DNA of 64,000 bases from an uncultured Rhodobacter sp. (GTDB lineage Bacteria; Pseudomonadota; Alphaproteobacteria; Rhodobacterales; Rhodobacteraceae). Below, piece after piece: positions 46,151 to 56,443 of the stretch. A model generated the notes under the pieces. It searched no databases. It saw nothing but the letters and a program-made list of their open reading frames with translations, and was not told the origin of the DNA. The translations under genes were made by a program, and so were the position numbers. The first letter of the stretch is position 1; every line of letters starts with the position of its first letter. The stretch is from NCBI GenBank assembly GCA_965200115.1, contig OZ241336.1, positions 748,059 through 812,058 on the forward strand. The letters run 5' to 3'.

Positions 46151-46555
46151 ATGAAGCGCAACAGCCGCCTGTCCCTCGCCCTGCACACCCTCGGTCACAT
46201 GGCCGGAGACCCGGATCGCGTACGCACTTCCGCCGCGATCGCGGAACATGCGGGCACCAACCCGGTCGTCGTTCGCCGTGTACTGGGGCGGCTAAGGGAA
46301 GCGGGATTGCTGACCTCCGAAAAGGGACACGCGGGCGGCTGGCGGCTGGCCCGGAAACCCGGGGAAATCACCCTCGCCGATGTCTACCTCGCGCTCAATG
46401 AGCGCCTGGTGGCGGGCCGTGAAAACGCCGACACTCCGGAGTGCGCCGTCGAACGGGCGCTGCAGGAGCGGGTCGCCGCCGTTCTGGAAGACATCGAAAG
46501 GAGCCTTGTCAAAAGGCTCACGGAAACCTCGATCTCCGAAGTTCGCGGCGGCTGA
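46151..46555 (+). CDS. Rrf2-family transcriptional regulator
   Basis: Internal ATG (MKRNSRLSLALHTLGHMA...SAAIAEHAGTNPVVVRRVLGRLREAGLLTSEKGHAGGWRLAR). Confidence 0.8.
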   Translation: MKRNSRLSLALHTLGHMAGDPDRVRTSAAIAEHAGTNPVVVRRVLGRLREAGLLTSEKGHAGGWRLARKPGEITLADVYLALNERLVAGRENADTPECAVERALQERVAAVLEDIERSLVKRLTETSISEVRGG

Positions 46556-46987
46556 CTGACCGTCGTGGCGATAACCCGATGGCACCCACCCCAACGCGGT
46601 GCCGCATTCCGCCGGCGGTCGCGGTTGACCCGCGGATCCTGGCGGTTCCTTACGGAAACGGGGTTTTCCGGCGGACACCACGCCATTTCCCGGGCTGGAT
46701 CACTCCATCGCGCAAAATTCGGCGGGACGTGACGATGGATTTGCCGCGCCCTGAGCGGATTCGATTGGGGCTGCTTCCGGCTCCCATCCCCCGGGACATT
46801 CTTCCGGGCGTTCGGTCCGGACGCGCCCCCCGCCGTTCTGCCGGGAACGTGTCGTGAACGACGGGATCGGACGAAAAAGGGATTTCCCTTCCCGCGCGAC
46901 ATCCGCCGTTCACGGGCAACGGTCCGGAACCTCCGCGCGCGGGCGCGCACCGGTTCAAGGTTGTCTTCCTGGTCCGGATTATCGCCT

Positions 46988-47041
46988 TGCTTGCCTCCGC
47001 GCGCGGGCGCGCACCCGACTACCCGCGCGCGGAGGCAAGCA
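46988..47041 (-). terminator. Perfect 20-bp inverted repeat (14-nt loop) overlapping the holA stop
   Basis: Arms are tgcttgcctccgcgcgcggg and cccgcgcgcggaggcaagca. The right arm encodes the last holA codons. No U-tract. Confidence 0.45.
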
Positions 47042-48050
47042 TCGAGAGGCGAATCAATGTCCGCTCGACCAAAGCCATCTGCGGCGCGTTCTGGTTTGCG
47101 GACCGGAGCCGAAGATCCGTATCCGTCAGCATTCCCAGAGCCCGCTCCAACCGGCCGAGACCCCAGCGCCGCGCCTGCCGCTGCATGCGGTCTCGGCGCG
47201 GCCCGAACACCGGCGGACGCAGCTTCGCGATCCCGACACCGGGCCCGCCGGGATCACAGGAAGCCGCGTGAAGCGCCCGGAAATGCCGTGTCACGCCTAT
47301 GCACAGGCTGACCGGCGTGACGCCCTGGCCCTGCAGCGTCTGGACAAGCGGACCGATGTCTTTCGTTCGCGCCTCGGCGACAACGTCAAGCAGGTCTCCC
47401 AGCTCAACCTCGGACGTAGCGGGCGCACAGGCCTCGACATCCTCCGCCGTCGTCGGCGAATCATCCCCGAGCTTGTACAGGCCAAGCTTTGAAATGGTCT
47501 GCCACAGGTCGCCGGGATCGATCCGGTGGGCCAGTTCCGATAGCGCCGACATGGCATGGCCGTCAATGTCGCGCAGACCCGCCAGTCGCAGCCTGTCCCT
47601 GATTTCGCCCTGGGCGGGGGGATCATCGTAAACTCCCGCCGCATAGGCCGTCCTGTCGGCCTCGAACGCCTTCCGCAGGCTGGAACGCTTCGTGAGGGCC
47701 CCGGCGGTTACGACGATCTGGGCATCTCCGGGTCTCCAGGCGGCGAGCGCGGCGGCGATGGCCTTGGTGACGGCGTCCCCGGCCTCCTCCACGAGAACCG
47801 CCCGCCGCCCGGGAAAGAACGCCCGCACCCTGATCATGTCCGAAAGTAGCGCGGGTTCCTTGCGCAGCCTGGCCGCGGGGATCCGCTCCAGACGCATCTC
47901 CTCCTCGCCACCGGGGCCGACGATGCCGGCGATGAGTTCCTGGCGTTTCAGGGCGACGCGCATGACGTCCTGACCGTAGACCAGGAACCCGTTCGCGTCC
48001 GGGTCGGGATTGGCGAAATCCAGCTTTCGTCCCGACCCGGAGCGCCTCAA
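47019..48050 (-). CDS. holA: DNA polymerase III subunit delta
   Basis: Conserved leuS-lptE-holA synteny. N-terminal PDPDANGFLVYGQD. TTG start in a TTGA overlap with the lptE stop. Confidence 0.75.
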   Translation of the reverse strand: MRRSGSGRKLDFANPDPDANGFLVYGQDVMRVALKRQELIAGIVGPGGEEEMRLERIPAARLRKEPALLSDMIRVRAFFPGRRAVLVEEAGDAVTKAIAAALAAWRPGDAQIVVTAGALTKRSSLRKAFEADRTAYAAGVYDDPPAQGEIRDRLRLAGLRDIDGHAMSALSELAHRIDPGDLWQTISKLGLYKLGDDSPTTAEDVEACAPATSEVELGDLLDVVAEARTKDIGPLVQTLQGQGVTPVSLCIGVTRHFRALHAASCDPGGPGVGIAKLRPPVFGPRRDRMQRQARRWGLGRLERALGMLTDTDLRLRSANQNAPQMALVERTLIRLSMLASARG

Positions 48051-48598
48051 CCCGACCAGTCCCTGTAGGTGGCGAGAACGCGAACCGTCACCTGGTCGGC
48101 CAGGATGACCATCAGGCGCTCACTGGCGTCACGGCCCGCGGCCCGCGCGCCGGTCAGGGGGATCGCCGCCGAGTAGCTTGTGAGGCTCTCGACCTTTCCC
48201 GAATGCACGGTCCGGTCCGCGCCGAGATCGATCACCCGGTATTCGGCTATACCGGTTACGTTGTAACGGGTTACCCGCTGCTCCGGCGTACGCCCCACAC
48301 CTTCGGACCTCGTCTCGATACCGTAGTCAAGCCGGTAGCGCGCGCCCTGCGGACGGCCCAGCCGCTGCTCCAGCCGCGCGGTGAAGACATATTCCTCATG
48401 GTTCCCGGGTTCCCGAACGAGAATCGCGCCGGCCAACCCCTCGCCAACCGCTCCGGGGCCGAAAACCGGACGGTAACCGCAGGAGGCGAGCCACAGGAGG
48501 CACAGGCTGAATATCGCGAAACATGCCCACGGGGCGGCGGGGAGGCGGCGGCGAAGCCGCGCCACGCTGGCGCCGTCAGGGGTTCGGCAGAACGACAT
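48047..48598 (-). CDS. lptE: LPS-assembly lipoprotein LptE
   Basis: Lipobox [12 protein letters not shown]. Located between leuS and holA. The start is either ATG 48598 (overlapping leuS by 23 nt) or GTG 48565. Confidence 0.75.
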   Translation of the reverse strand: MSFCRTPDGASVARLRRRLPAAPWACFAIFSLCLLWLASCGYRPVFGPGAVGEGLAGAILVREPGNHEEYVFTARLEQRLGRPQGARYRLDYGIETRSEGVGRTPEQRVTRYNVTGIAEYRVIDLGADRTVHSGKVESLTSYSAAIPLTGARAAGRDASERLMVILADQVTVRVLATYRDWSG

Positions 48599-51221
48599 TG
48601 ACTATACGGCCCGGGACAACCACGAGTTTTTTCGGAACGCCCCCATTCAGCGCCTTTACCACCGCCTGGTCGGCCAGGACGAGTCTCTCAACCTCATCCC
48701 GTCCGAGGTCCCTTGCGACGGTGATTTCCGAACGGCGTTTGCCGTTCACCTGGATCGGTAGCGTGACCATGGAGTCGACAAGCATTGCAGGATCGGCCTC
48801 CGGCCATGGGGCATTGGCCAGAAGGCCCTGTCCACCGAGCGTTTCCCACATCTCCTCCGACAGATGCGGGGTGAACGGTGACATGAGATGTGCGAGTGTC
48901 CTTATAGCCTCCAACCGGGTCGCGGTGCCCGGCTTCGCCTTCGCGATGGTACCGGTGAACGCGTAAAGCCTCGCGATGGCGGCGTTGAATCCGAAGCTCT
49001 CTATCCCCATGGTCACGTCGTGGATCGCCCTGTGCATGGCCCTGACCAGACCAGGGTCGACCTCGGACGGGGTCTCAGGATCATCGGCGGCTTCCATGGC
49101 CATACGGTGGACGCGCACGAGGTGTCTGTGGGCGGCCTCCACCCCCGCGGCGGTCCACTCAACGTCCCGCTCCGGCGGGCTGTCGGACAGGACGAACCAG
49201 CGAGCCGTGTCGGCGCCGTAGGATTCGATTATGCTCACCGGATCCACGACGTTCTTTTTTGACTTCGACATCTTGACCGCGGGAAGAACCTCGAGCTTAC
49301 GGCTCTCCCCGTCCTCCCGCTTCAGGTAGTGGTTCCCGTCGGAACGCAGCTCGACTTCCTCTGGGAAGAAATACGACCTGCGACGAACTGACGTTACGGC
49401 GTCCTCGCCGGGCGGGACGTCACGGGCCGTGTCCGGATCGATCTTTGTGACGGCTTCCCGATCCCTGTAGTACGCCTGGTGCGTCACCATGCCCTGGGTG
49501 AACAACGCATTGAACGGCTCGACCGCCGACTCGGGTAGATGGCCGCATATACGCATCGCGCGCGCGAAAAACCTGGAATAGAGCAGGTGCAGGATCGCGT
49601 GCTCGATGCCACCGATGTACTGATCGACGTTCATCCAGTATCCGACGCTGTCGGAGTCGGTCGGAGTGGCGGAGCCGGGGGCCGTGAAACGCGCGAAGTA
49701 CCAGGATGAATCCACGAAGGTATCCATCGTGTCGGTCTCGCGCCGCGCGGGTCGACCGCATTTCGGGCATGCGCGGATACGCCACGAGGGATGCCGGTCA
49801 AGCGGATTGCCGGGAGCGTCGAAGGTTACGTCCTCCGGCAGCGTGACGGGAAGGTTCTCTTTGGGTTCCGGTACGACTCCGCACCTGTCGCAGTGCACGA
49901 CCGGAATCGGACATCCCCAGTAGCGCTGCCGCGAAATCCCCCAGTCACGCAGACGGTATTTCACGACCCCATGGCCCAGCCCCCGGCGCTCGCAGATCGA
50001 GATGGCGGCCTCGATCGCCTCCTCCCCGGTCGCGTCCTCCGGCCAGCCGAAACCCTTCGTCCATCTAACCCGCTGGCTCTTGGGCGGAACGAACGCCTCG
50101 ACCCCGACCGGCTTTCCGTGCTCGATGTCAACGAAGGTGTCTATCACTTCGAGGCCGTATGCCCGGGCGAAATCAAGATCGCGCTGGTCGTGCGCCGGGC
50201 AACCGAATATGGCGCCGGTTCCGTAATCCATCAAAATGAAATTCGCGATGTACACCGGAAGCTCCCATTCCGGATCAAACGGGTGGCGGCAGCGCAGCCC
50301 GGTGTCGAGGCCCTTCTTTCCCGCCCGCTCCAGCTCCTCCTCGGACGTACCGCCACCACGGCACCCGGCATTGAATTCGGCGATTTCCGGATCATGCCGC
50401 TCCAGCGCCGCCGCCAGCGGATGGTCCGCGGAGATGGCGACAAAGGACGCGCCCATCAGGGTGTCGGGGCGCGTGGTGTAGACCTCGATGCCGTCGTGAC
50501 CTTCCACGCCATCGACGAGACTGAACGAAAACTGCAGGCCACGGGACTTCCCGATCCAGTTGCGCTGCATTAGCTTGACCTTTTCGGGCCACGCGTCCAA
50601 CCCGTCGAGGGCGCTGAGCAGTTCCTCGGAGAAGTCGCTGATCCTGAAGAACCACTGCGTCAGTTCACGCCGCTCCACCGTGGCGCCGGATCTCCAGCCC
50701 TTGCCGTCAATCACCTGTTCATTCGCCAGAACGGTCATGTCCACCGGATCCCAGTTGACCGTGGCCGCCTTGCGGTAGACCAGTCCCCGGTCGAGGAAAT
50801 CGATGAACAGCGACTGTTGCTGGCGGTAGTATTCGGGATCGCAGGTGGCGAACTCGCGGGTCCAGTCAATTGAAAGGCCCAGCGGTTTCATCTGGGCCCG
50901 CATGTCACGGATGTTTCCGTAGGTCCATTCCCTGGGGTGTCCGCCCCGTTCCATCGCGGCATTCTCGGCCGGCATGCCGAAAGCGTCCCATCCCATCGGG
51001 TGAAGAACGCTGAACCCGCGGGATGCCTTGTACCGGGCGATGACATCGCCCATCGTGTAATTCCGCACATGTCCCATGTGGATGCGCCCGGAGGGATACG
51101 GGAACATCTCCAGCACGTAGTATTTGGGCCTGGATGGGTCGCTGCGGGCGAGGAAGGTGTTCGCCCCATCCCACCTTTCCTGCCATTTCTGCTCGATGTC
51201 CTTTGCGGAATAGCGGGACAT
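48576..51221 (-). CDS. leuS: Leucine--tRNA ligase
   Basis: [15 protein letters not shown] (HIGH) and KMSKSKKN (KMSKS) motifs. 881 aa. Confidence 0.95.
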   Translation of the reverse strand: MSRYSAKDIEQKWQERWDGANTFLARSDPSRPKYYVLEMFPYPSGRIHMGHVRNYTMGDVIARYKASRGFSVLHPMGWDAFGMPAENAAMERGGHPREWTYGNIRDMRAQMKPLGLSIDWTREFATCDPEYYRQQQSLFIDFLDRGLVYRKAATVNWDPVDMTVLANEQVIDGKGWRSGATVERRELTQWFFRISDFSEELLSALDGLDAWPEKVKLMQRNWIGKSRGLQFSFSLVDGVEGHDGIEVYTTRPDTLMGASFVAISADHPLAAALERHDPEIAEFNAGCRGGGTSEEELERAGKKGLDTGLRCRHPFDPEWELPVYIANFILMDYGTGAIFGCPAHDQRDLDFARAYGLEVIDTFVDIEHGKPVGVEAFVPPKSQRVRWTKGFGWPEDATGEEAIEAAISICERRGLGHGVVKYRLRDWGISRQRYWGCPIPVVHCDRCGVVPEPKENLPVTLPEDVTFDAPGNPLDRHPSWRIRACPKCGRPARRETDTMDTFVDSSWYFARFTAPGSATPTDSDSVGYWMNVDQYIGGIEHAILHLLYSRFFARAMRICGHLPESAVEPFNALFTQGMVTHQAYYRDREAVTKIDPDTARDVPPGEDAVTSVRRRSYFFPEEVELRSDGNHYLKREDGESRKLEVLPAVKMSKSKKNVVDPVSIIESYGADTARWFVLSDSPPERDVEWTAAGVEAAHRHLVRVHRMAMEAADDPETPSEVDPGLVRAMHRAIHDVTMGIESFGFNAAIARLYAFTGTIAKAKPGTATRLEAIRTLAHLMSPFTPHLSEEMWETLGGQGLLANAPWPEADPAMLVDSMVTLPIQVNGKRRSEITVARDLGRDEVERLVLADQAVVKALNGGVPKKLVVVPGRIVNVVLPNP

Positions 51222-51312
51222 TCGGTCGAGTTCCTCGATTATTTCGATTTCCGGGCGATTCGCGATGCGGTCCGACCCGGGCGTTTCGGGCGTTATGGAC
51301 CGGTCAAATGGT

Positions 51313-51837
51313 CTAGAGCCTCTCGTCCTGGTGCCTTAGGTATCGGGCCCGCGTCAGGATCGCGTCCTCGACGGCAAGGACGGTTTCGCGCGCGACGGGA
51401 CCGCCGCGGGTCTGCAGGGAAACGGCCAGTGAGCGGGCGTCGAGGGCCGGATCGCGTACGTGGATCGTCGCGCGATAGGCGCGTCCGCCGCCCGGAGGCA
51501 TGCCATAGCCGGTCAGGATGAGGCCGGAGAACGGGTCGGTCGCCTCGACGGGAAGGAAATCGAGCACGTCCAGGGAGGCGAACCAGAGGTACTTGTTAAC
51601 CCTGATGGTGGTGTTTGGATCGTCCCGGTTCCCGAAGAGATCCCAGATGGTTTCCCGCTCCTCGGCCTCGTCGGCCAGTGCGGCGGCGCGCTGTGGTCCG
51701 ACCGTCTCTCTGGTCTGGCTGTCGCCACCTCGTTTGCCGAAAAGGCCCTCCCGGCCCCCTTCCCTGTCACCGCATGCGGCCAGGGCGAGCAGGGCGAGGA
51801 GAACCGCGCCTGCCTTGGTTGTTCGACTCAATATCAT
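51313..51837 (-). CDS. DUF3576 lipoprotein
   Basis: Lipobox [25 protein letters not shown]...[11 protein letters not shown]. Confidence 0.7.
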   Translation of the reverse strand: MILSRTTKAGAVLLALLALAACGDREGGREGLFGKRGGDSQTRETVGPQRAAALADEAEERETIWDLFGNRDDPNTTIRVNKYLWFASLDVLDFLPVEATDPFSGLILTGYGMPPGGGRAYRATIHVRDPALDARSLAVSLQTRGGPVARETVLAVEDAILTRARYLRHQDERL

Positions 51838-52208
51838 CCGGTTTTCCCGCCAGCCGTTTCAAGCCAATTACGGTCTTTAGTATCCGAGGTCTCTGTCGGC
51901 GGCAAGGGGTCCGGAGCATGCCGGTAGGGCAATCGGGTTTGAGGGAATCTCCCGGAAGTTTCTCCCTGGCTTCCGCCCGCCCGCGTGAATCTATATTGGA
52001 AAACAGCGGCCTGAGGCGGCGAACCGCGGGGACTCCGGACGAATCCCCGACGGAGTGCCGCACCCGGAACGGCGAGGCGACCCGCCACGATCGCCATGAA
52101 AAGCGGATGGTCGCGCTTCGCCCATGTTCCGCTGCGGCGGGACATGCGCCGGCAAGCAGCTCGCGTCGCCCTACGGAGATGTTCCACGGGCGCTTCATGG
52201 AACCCGGA

Positions 52209-52655
52209 CTAGCGGACGAGGCGTTCCAGGGGGTCGTACGAAATGCCGGAACTGGCATCCCAGGCAACCAGCGGCAGGCTGTCGGGCTTGTAACGAATGT
52301 CACGGAGCTCGGTCCGGCTGAAGAACCGGCGCTCGGTGACGATCCCCGCCGGATCGGTCCAGCGCTCGGGCAGCCTCCCTTCGGCGAGGCAGCGGAAGTA
52401 TATGTCGACCTGGTGCAGGTCACGCTCCGGATCATGGAACTCATTGACCAGCGCCGGAGCGCCTACCGTGACGGTCAGTCCGGTTTCTTCCCGAACCTCA
52501 CGCACAAGGCTTTCGGGCAGGGACTGATGCGCATTGACGCCGCCGCCGGGGGCGCACCAAAGATCGGATCTCCCATCGGGATAGGCATTGACCAGCAGCA
52601 ACCGCCGGTCCCGCAGTATCAGGGCTCGAACGGCGATGCGGGGCGGTCGGGACAT
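52209..52655 (-). CDS. NUDIX hydrolase
   Basis: The Nudix box GAPGGGVNAHQSLPESLVREVREETGL fits GX5EX7REUXEEXGU. Internal ATG (MSRPPRIAV). Confidence 0.8.
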   Translation of the reverse strand: MSRPPRIAVRALILRDRRLLLVNAYPDGRSDLWCAPGGGVNAHQSLPESLVREVREETGLTVTVGAPALVNEFHDPERDLHQVDIYFRCLAEGRLPERWTDPAGIVTERRFFSRTELRDIRYKPDSLPLVAWDASSGISYDPLERLVR

Positions 52656-52721
52656 AACGGAACCCTGTCTGACGCGGTTTCCGGCTGGCGGCAAGACCGG
52701 AGTTCGCGGGACCGGCCCGGA

Positions 52722-53795
52722 TCAGGCGTTGCGCGGAATTCGGTTCACATGGCCCATCTTGCGGCCCGGGCGAACGCTCTCCTTACCGTAAATATGGATC
52801 GCGGCGCCGGTCTCCTCAAGCAGTAACGGAAGACGGTCGATATCCTCGCCGATAAGGTTTTCCATCATGACGTCGCTATGGCGGCGCCCGTCTCCGAGCG
52901 GCCAGCCGGCGATTGCCCTGATGTGCTGTTCGAACTGGTCGACGAAACAGCCGTTCTGTGTCCAGTGTCCCGAATTGTGTACCCGCGGAGCGATTTCATT
53001 GACGACCAGGCCAGACGGCGTGACGAATAGTTCCACCCCAAGAACGCCCACGTACTCCAGTTCCTCCAGGATCCGGGCGGCCATTAGCAGGGCGTCCGTA
53101 CGTTCCGCCGAACCAAGACGGGCCGGAACCTCCGTGGTGCGCAGGATCCCGTCGCGATGGACGTTCTCGCCTGGGTCGAAACAGGAGATATCGCCGCTAA
53201 GACCACGGGCGGCAATCACGCTGACCTCGTGGCTGAAGTCAACGAAACCCTCAAGGATCGCCGAAACACCGTTCAGGAGGGCAAGCGCGGCGGCAGGATT
53301 GTCAGAGGAGCCGAGGCACACCTGGCCCTTCCCGTCATAGCCGAACCGTCGGGTCTTGAGCACCGCGGGCAGTCCGGTAGCGCGGACCGCCCCGTCCAGA
53401 TCGGCGGCCGCGTCGACGGGGGCGAAAGGGGCCGTGGCAAGGCCAAGGCCCCGGAGGAACCTTTTTTCGCGCAGTCGATCCTGACTGACCGCAAGGGCAC
53501 GGCGGTTCGGACGCACCGGGCGATGCTCTTCCAGGACATCAATCGCCTCGGAGGGGATGTTCTCGAACTCGAAGGTAATCACGTCAACGCTTCGGGCAAA
53601 CGCGGCCAGAGCGGCCTCATCGCCGTAGTCGGCCGTTGTGGTCCTGTGCGCGACGTGACCCGCCGCGGGATCAGGCCCCGGCTCGAACACATGGCAACGA
53701 AATCCCAGACGTGCGGCGGCGACCGAAAGCATACGCCCGAGCTGGCCACCACCGAGAATCCCGACGGTGCCGCCGGGTTCGAGACGTTCAGCCAC
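52722..53795 (-). CDS. purK: N5-carboxyaminoimidazole ribonucleotide synthase
   Basis: [16 protein letters not shown]-grasp N-terminus. GTG start overlapping the purE stop. Confidence 0.85.
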   Translation of the reverse strand: MAERLEPGGTVGILGGGQLGRMLSVAAARLGFRCHVFEPGPDPAAGHVAHRTTTADYGDEAALAAFARSVDVITFEFENIPSEAIDVLEEHRPVRPNRRALAVSQDRLREKRFLRGLGLATAPFAPVDAAADLDGAVRATGLPAVLKTRRFGYDGKGQVCLGSSDNPAAALALLNGVSAILEGFVDFSHEVSVIAARGLSGDISCFDPGENVHRDGILRTTEVPARLGSAERTDALLMAARILEELEYVGVLGVELFVTPSGLVVNEIAPRVHNSGHWTQNGCFVDQFEQHIRAIAGWPLGDGRRHSDVMMENLIGEDIDRLPLLLEETGAAIHIYGKESVRPGRKMGHVNRIPRNA

Positions 53796-54297
53796 CCGCG
53801 GGCTCTTCCGGAACCGATGAGGCGAGTTTCTCGCGCCAGGTATCCAGGCGCTTCGCGATATCCGCGTCCGTGAGGGCCAGTATCTCGGCGGCAAGAACCG
53901 CCGCGTTCGCCGCGTTGTCTATTCCCACGGTCGCGACAGGACACCCGCGCGGCATCTGCACGATGGAATAAAGGCTATCCAACCCGCCAAGCGCCTCGGT
54001 GCGGACAGGCACCCCGATCACCGGAAGGCGGGTCTTGGAGGCCATCATGCCGGGAAGATGCGCCGCCCCTCCGGCGCCGGCGATAATAACCTGAAGGCCG
54101 CGTCTCACCGCCGAATTTCCATACTCCCACAGTCGTTCGGGGGTGCGATGCGCGGAAACGATCCGGGCCTCACAGACAATACCAAGCTCGTCGAGAAGCT
54201 CGACGGCCACCTTCATGGTGGGCCAGTCGGACTGACTGCCCATGACAATGCCAACCTGTGTAACCAAATCAACCACGCCCACTCCAGCATGACGCAC
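53788..54297 (-). CDS. purE: N5-carboxyaminoimidazole ribonucleotide mutase
   Basis: [14 protein letters not shown]...[12 protein letters not shown]...[10 protein letters not shown]. The exact start is uncertain (GTG at 54297 or a downstream GTG). Confidence 0.85.
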   Translation of the reverse strand: MRHAGVGVVDLVTQVGIVMGSQSDWPTMKVAVELLDELGIVCEARIVSAHRTPERLWEYGNSAVRRGLQVIIAGAGGAAHLPGMMASKTRLPVIGVPVRTEALGGLDSLYSIVQMPRGCPVATVGIDNAANAAVLAAEILALTDADIAKRLDTWREKLASSVPEEPAGG

Positions 54298-54546
54298 CCT
54301 ACAGTGTGTTGGCGCCCCTACGCAATGAAGTCGGAAATAGCCGGTTGACCCGGCGGTGCCAAATCACGATGAATGCATGCCCGAGCGATTATGATTGCAG
54401 GTTGCCACACTTACGTATTCCATCTCTCTGAGGTCCCCCTGGAGAGCGTCTGGATCACCGAAACCACCGCCCCTCGTTGAGGCGATCAACCGCTCGATTT
54501 CGTCCTCCAGCTTACCCATGGAATTCGGCGTGGAATCGGCATGGCA

Positions 54547-54797
54547 TCAGCCTGCCGAAAGCATCCAGCCGACGGCGGCGATAACCGCGGCGGCGCTGAC
54601 GGAGTTCAGGGCGAGGCCAACAATGATGATGCGCCAGGTCAGGCGAGTTTCCAGTTCCGCCAGATCGGCCTTGGTCGCCACCCCACCGGTCACGCCGGTA
54701 CGCACGGCCTCGGCGGTCGCCCCAACCTGATCGGAGTCAAAGCCTCTGGTCTTGAGCTGGCGAGCGCCGCAAGGGTATCAAATGATGCATCGGCCAT
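54547..54797 (-). pseudogene. DUF1640-like coiled-coil/TM protein with a frameshift
   Basis: My own translation gives MADASFDTLAA in one frame and ARQLKTRGFDSDQVGATAEAVRTGVTGGVATKADLAELETRLTWRIIIVGLALNSVSAAAVIAAVGWMLSAG* in another. The span is 251 nt, not a multiple of 3. Confidence 0.45.
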
Positions 54798-55688
54798 ACC
54801 TTTGGATATGCGCTCCCCAGCCTCGCCAGTCAAGCCTCTGGACGCGACGTCAGACGGGCGTTTCACGCACGCACCCGCCCATTCGGGCCCGGATCCGTCT
54901 CGGGCCCTCGGCGTTCTCTCCTGGATCGACGTCGCCCCGAAGGAGACGGAAAGGCACAGGGAATGCCGGGACAGGGCGCGGGAGGCGACCGGCCGAGGAG
55001 ATGCGCCGTCACACTCAAACCTTGACGGTTCGACCCGTTCGCGAACGGTGCGGGTTTGGGCCAGTGAGCGCGGGCCCGTCGTACGCGATCCGCGTTTGGA
55101 CCCTCCGACGGAGGCGCTCGGTCCGGGCCCGAAATCACTATGGGCGCGTGCTGGGGCGGCCATGACCGCAAGTCGCCACGACCGGAAGCTCCTGGACGAC
55201 CGTCGGTCTCGCATCGTTTTCACCTCGTTTGGCCAGCAGAATGATGATTACCGGCCGCTTCCGGCCAGTGCGAACCGGTCAGACGAGTCGATTGTCAAAA
55301 AAAATCCGGACTACACTCGCGTGAAGCTCGTTTTCTGGGGCAGCGGAAGGTCAACAGCTTGATGGAGCTTGCTTCCGGATCGAATTGCGTCGAGGCGACA
55401 TGGCGGTGAAGGCATTCTTTATCAGTGCCGTGGCCGTCCTAGGATCTTGCCGCCTCGCCCCACACGAACCCAAGCGCCGTTCGAAGCTGACTGTAGGCGC
55501 TGACCGGTTATGGCATGCGGGATGACCGAGCATACCGATCCCACCGTGGGGCTATCGACGTCCGGCGGCACATCTATCCGAACCCGGGACGCCCGCCACC
55601 CATCCCGTTAGGGCTCCATCATCGGACGTCACGGGCACCCCGAAATACCCGATCACCGGGCGGGGAAAACAAATCGCGCCGGGTATGG

Positions 55689-55716
55689 TTGCGGATTGCC
55701 GACCATAACCCCATAT
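55689..55716 (+). promoter_or_regulatory. Candidate RpoH (sigma-32)-type promoter of the hsp20 gene
   Basis: TTGCGG (55689-94), a 14-nt spacer, then CCCCATAT (55709-16). Compare the consensus CTTGAA-N13-14-CCCCATNT. It lies 72 nt upstream of the ATG. Confidence 0.4.
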
Positions 55717-55787
55717 CATCACCGTCAGCTTGCCGTAAGGGAGCCGATATAACCGCCGCCTTTGGGGTTTTGGGGAAGGACGCGTCC

Positions 55788-56219
55788 ATGACTAAGCTAG
55801 GCTTGGGATCGCACCCACATTTTCTGGGATTCGACCGGCTCGAACGACTGATGGAGCAGACGACCCGATCCGACAGTGACGGCTATCCTCCCTACAACAT
55901 CGAACGGAAGGGTTCGAACGCCTACCGAATTACGCTGGCGGTGGCCGGTTTCAGCGAGGCGGACCTTAACGTCACGGTAGAGGACAGGCAGCTGGTCGTC
56001 CGTGGCAAACACGCGGACGAGGACGGGCAGCGGGTCTTTCTTCATCGCGGAATAGCCGCGAGGCGTTTCCAGCGCACCTTCGCCCTTGCGGAAGGGGTCG
56101 AGGTTTCCGGGGCCTGGCTCGAACACGGTATTCTGCATATCAAGCTCGAAAGGATCGAGCCCGAAAAGAACGTGCAGACGATCAAGATCGGCCGGCCCAA
56201 AGCGGGAGAACCGGCATGA
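55788..56219 (+). CDS. Hsp20/IbpA-family small heat-shock protein
   Basis: Internal ATG (MTKLGLG...). YPPYNIERKGSNAYRITLAVAGFSEADLNVTVEDRQLVVRGK...GILHIKLER alpha-crystallin domain. Confidence 0.85.
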   Translation: MTKLGLGSHPHFLGFDRLERLMEQTTRSDSDGYPPYNIERKGSNAYRITLAVAGFSEADLNVTVEDRQLVVRGKHADEDGQRVFLHRGIAARRFQRTFALAEGVEVSGAWLEHGILHIKLERIEPEKNVQTIKIGRPKAGEPA

Positions 56220-56443
56220 ACCATTCATACGATTTCGGCCAGGAGACCGATAACAGGATAGTCTATGTCAGGCCCGTAGCGACAAAGGACCTGCCGCAGG
56301 ACGTGCGGAAGCGGATCGGCGGCACCGAAACCGTCTTTGCCGTGCATAGCTCCAAGGGTGAACGGCTAGCCCTGGTGCGGGACCGACATCTCGCTTTCGC
56401 GCTGGCCCGTCGGAATGATCTCGCGCCAGTGAGCGTGCATTAG
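56216..56443 (+). CDS. DUF1150 family protein
   Basis: ATGA overlap with hsp20. IVYVRPV...LPQDV...VFAVHSSKGERLALVRDRHLAFALARRNDLAPVSVH. Confidence 0.75.
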   Translation: MNHSYDFGQETDNRIVYVRPVATKDLPQDVRKRIGGTETVFAVHSSKGERLALVRDRHLAFALARRNDLAPVSVH

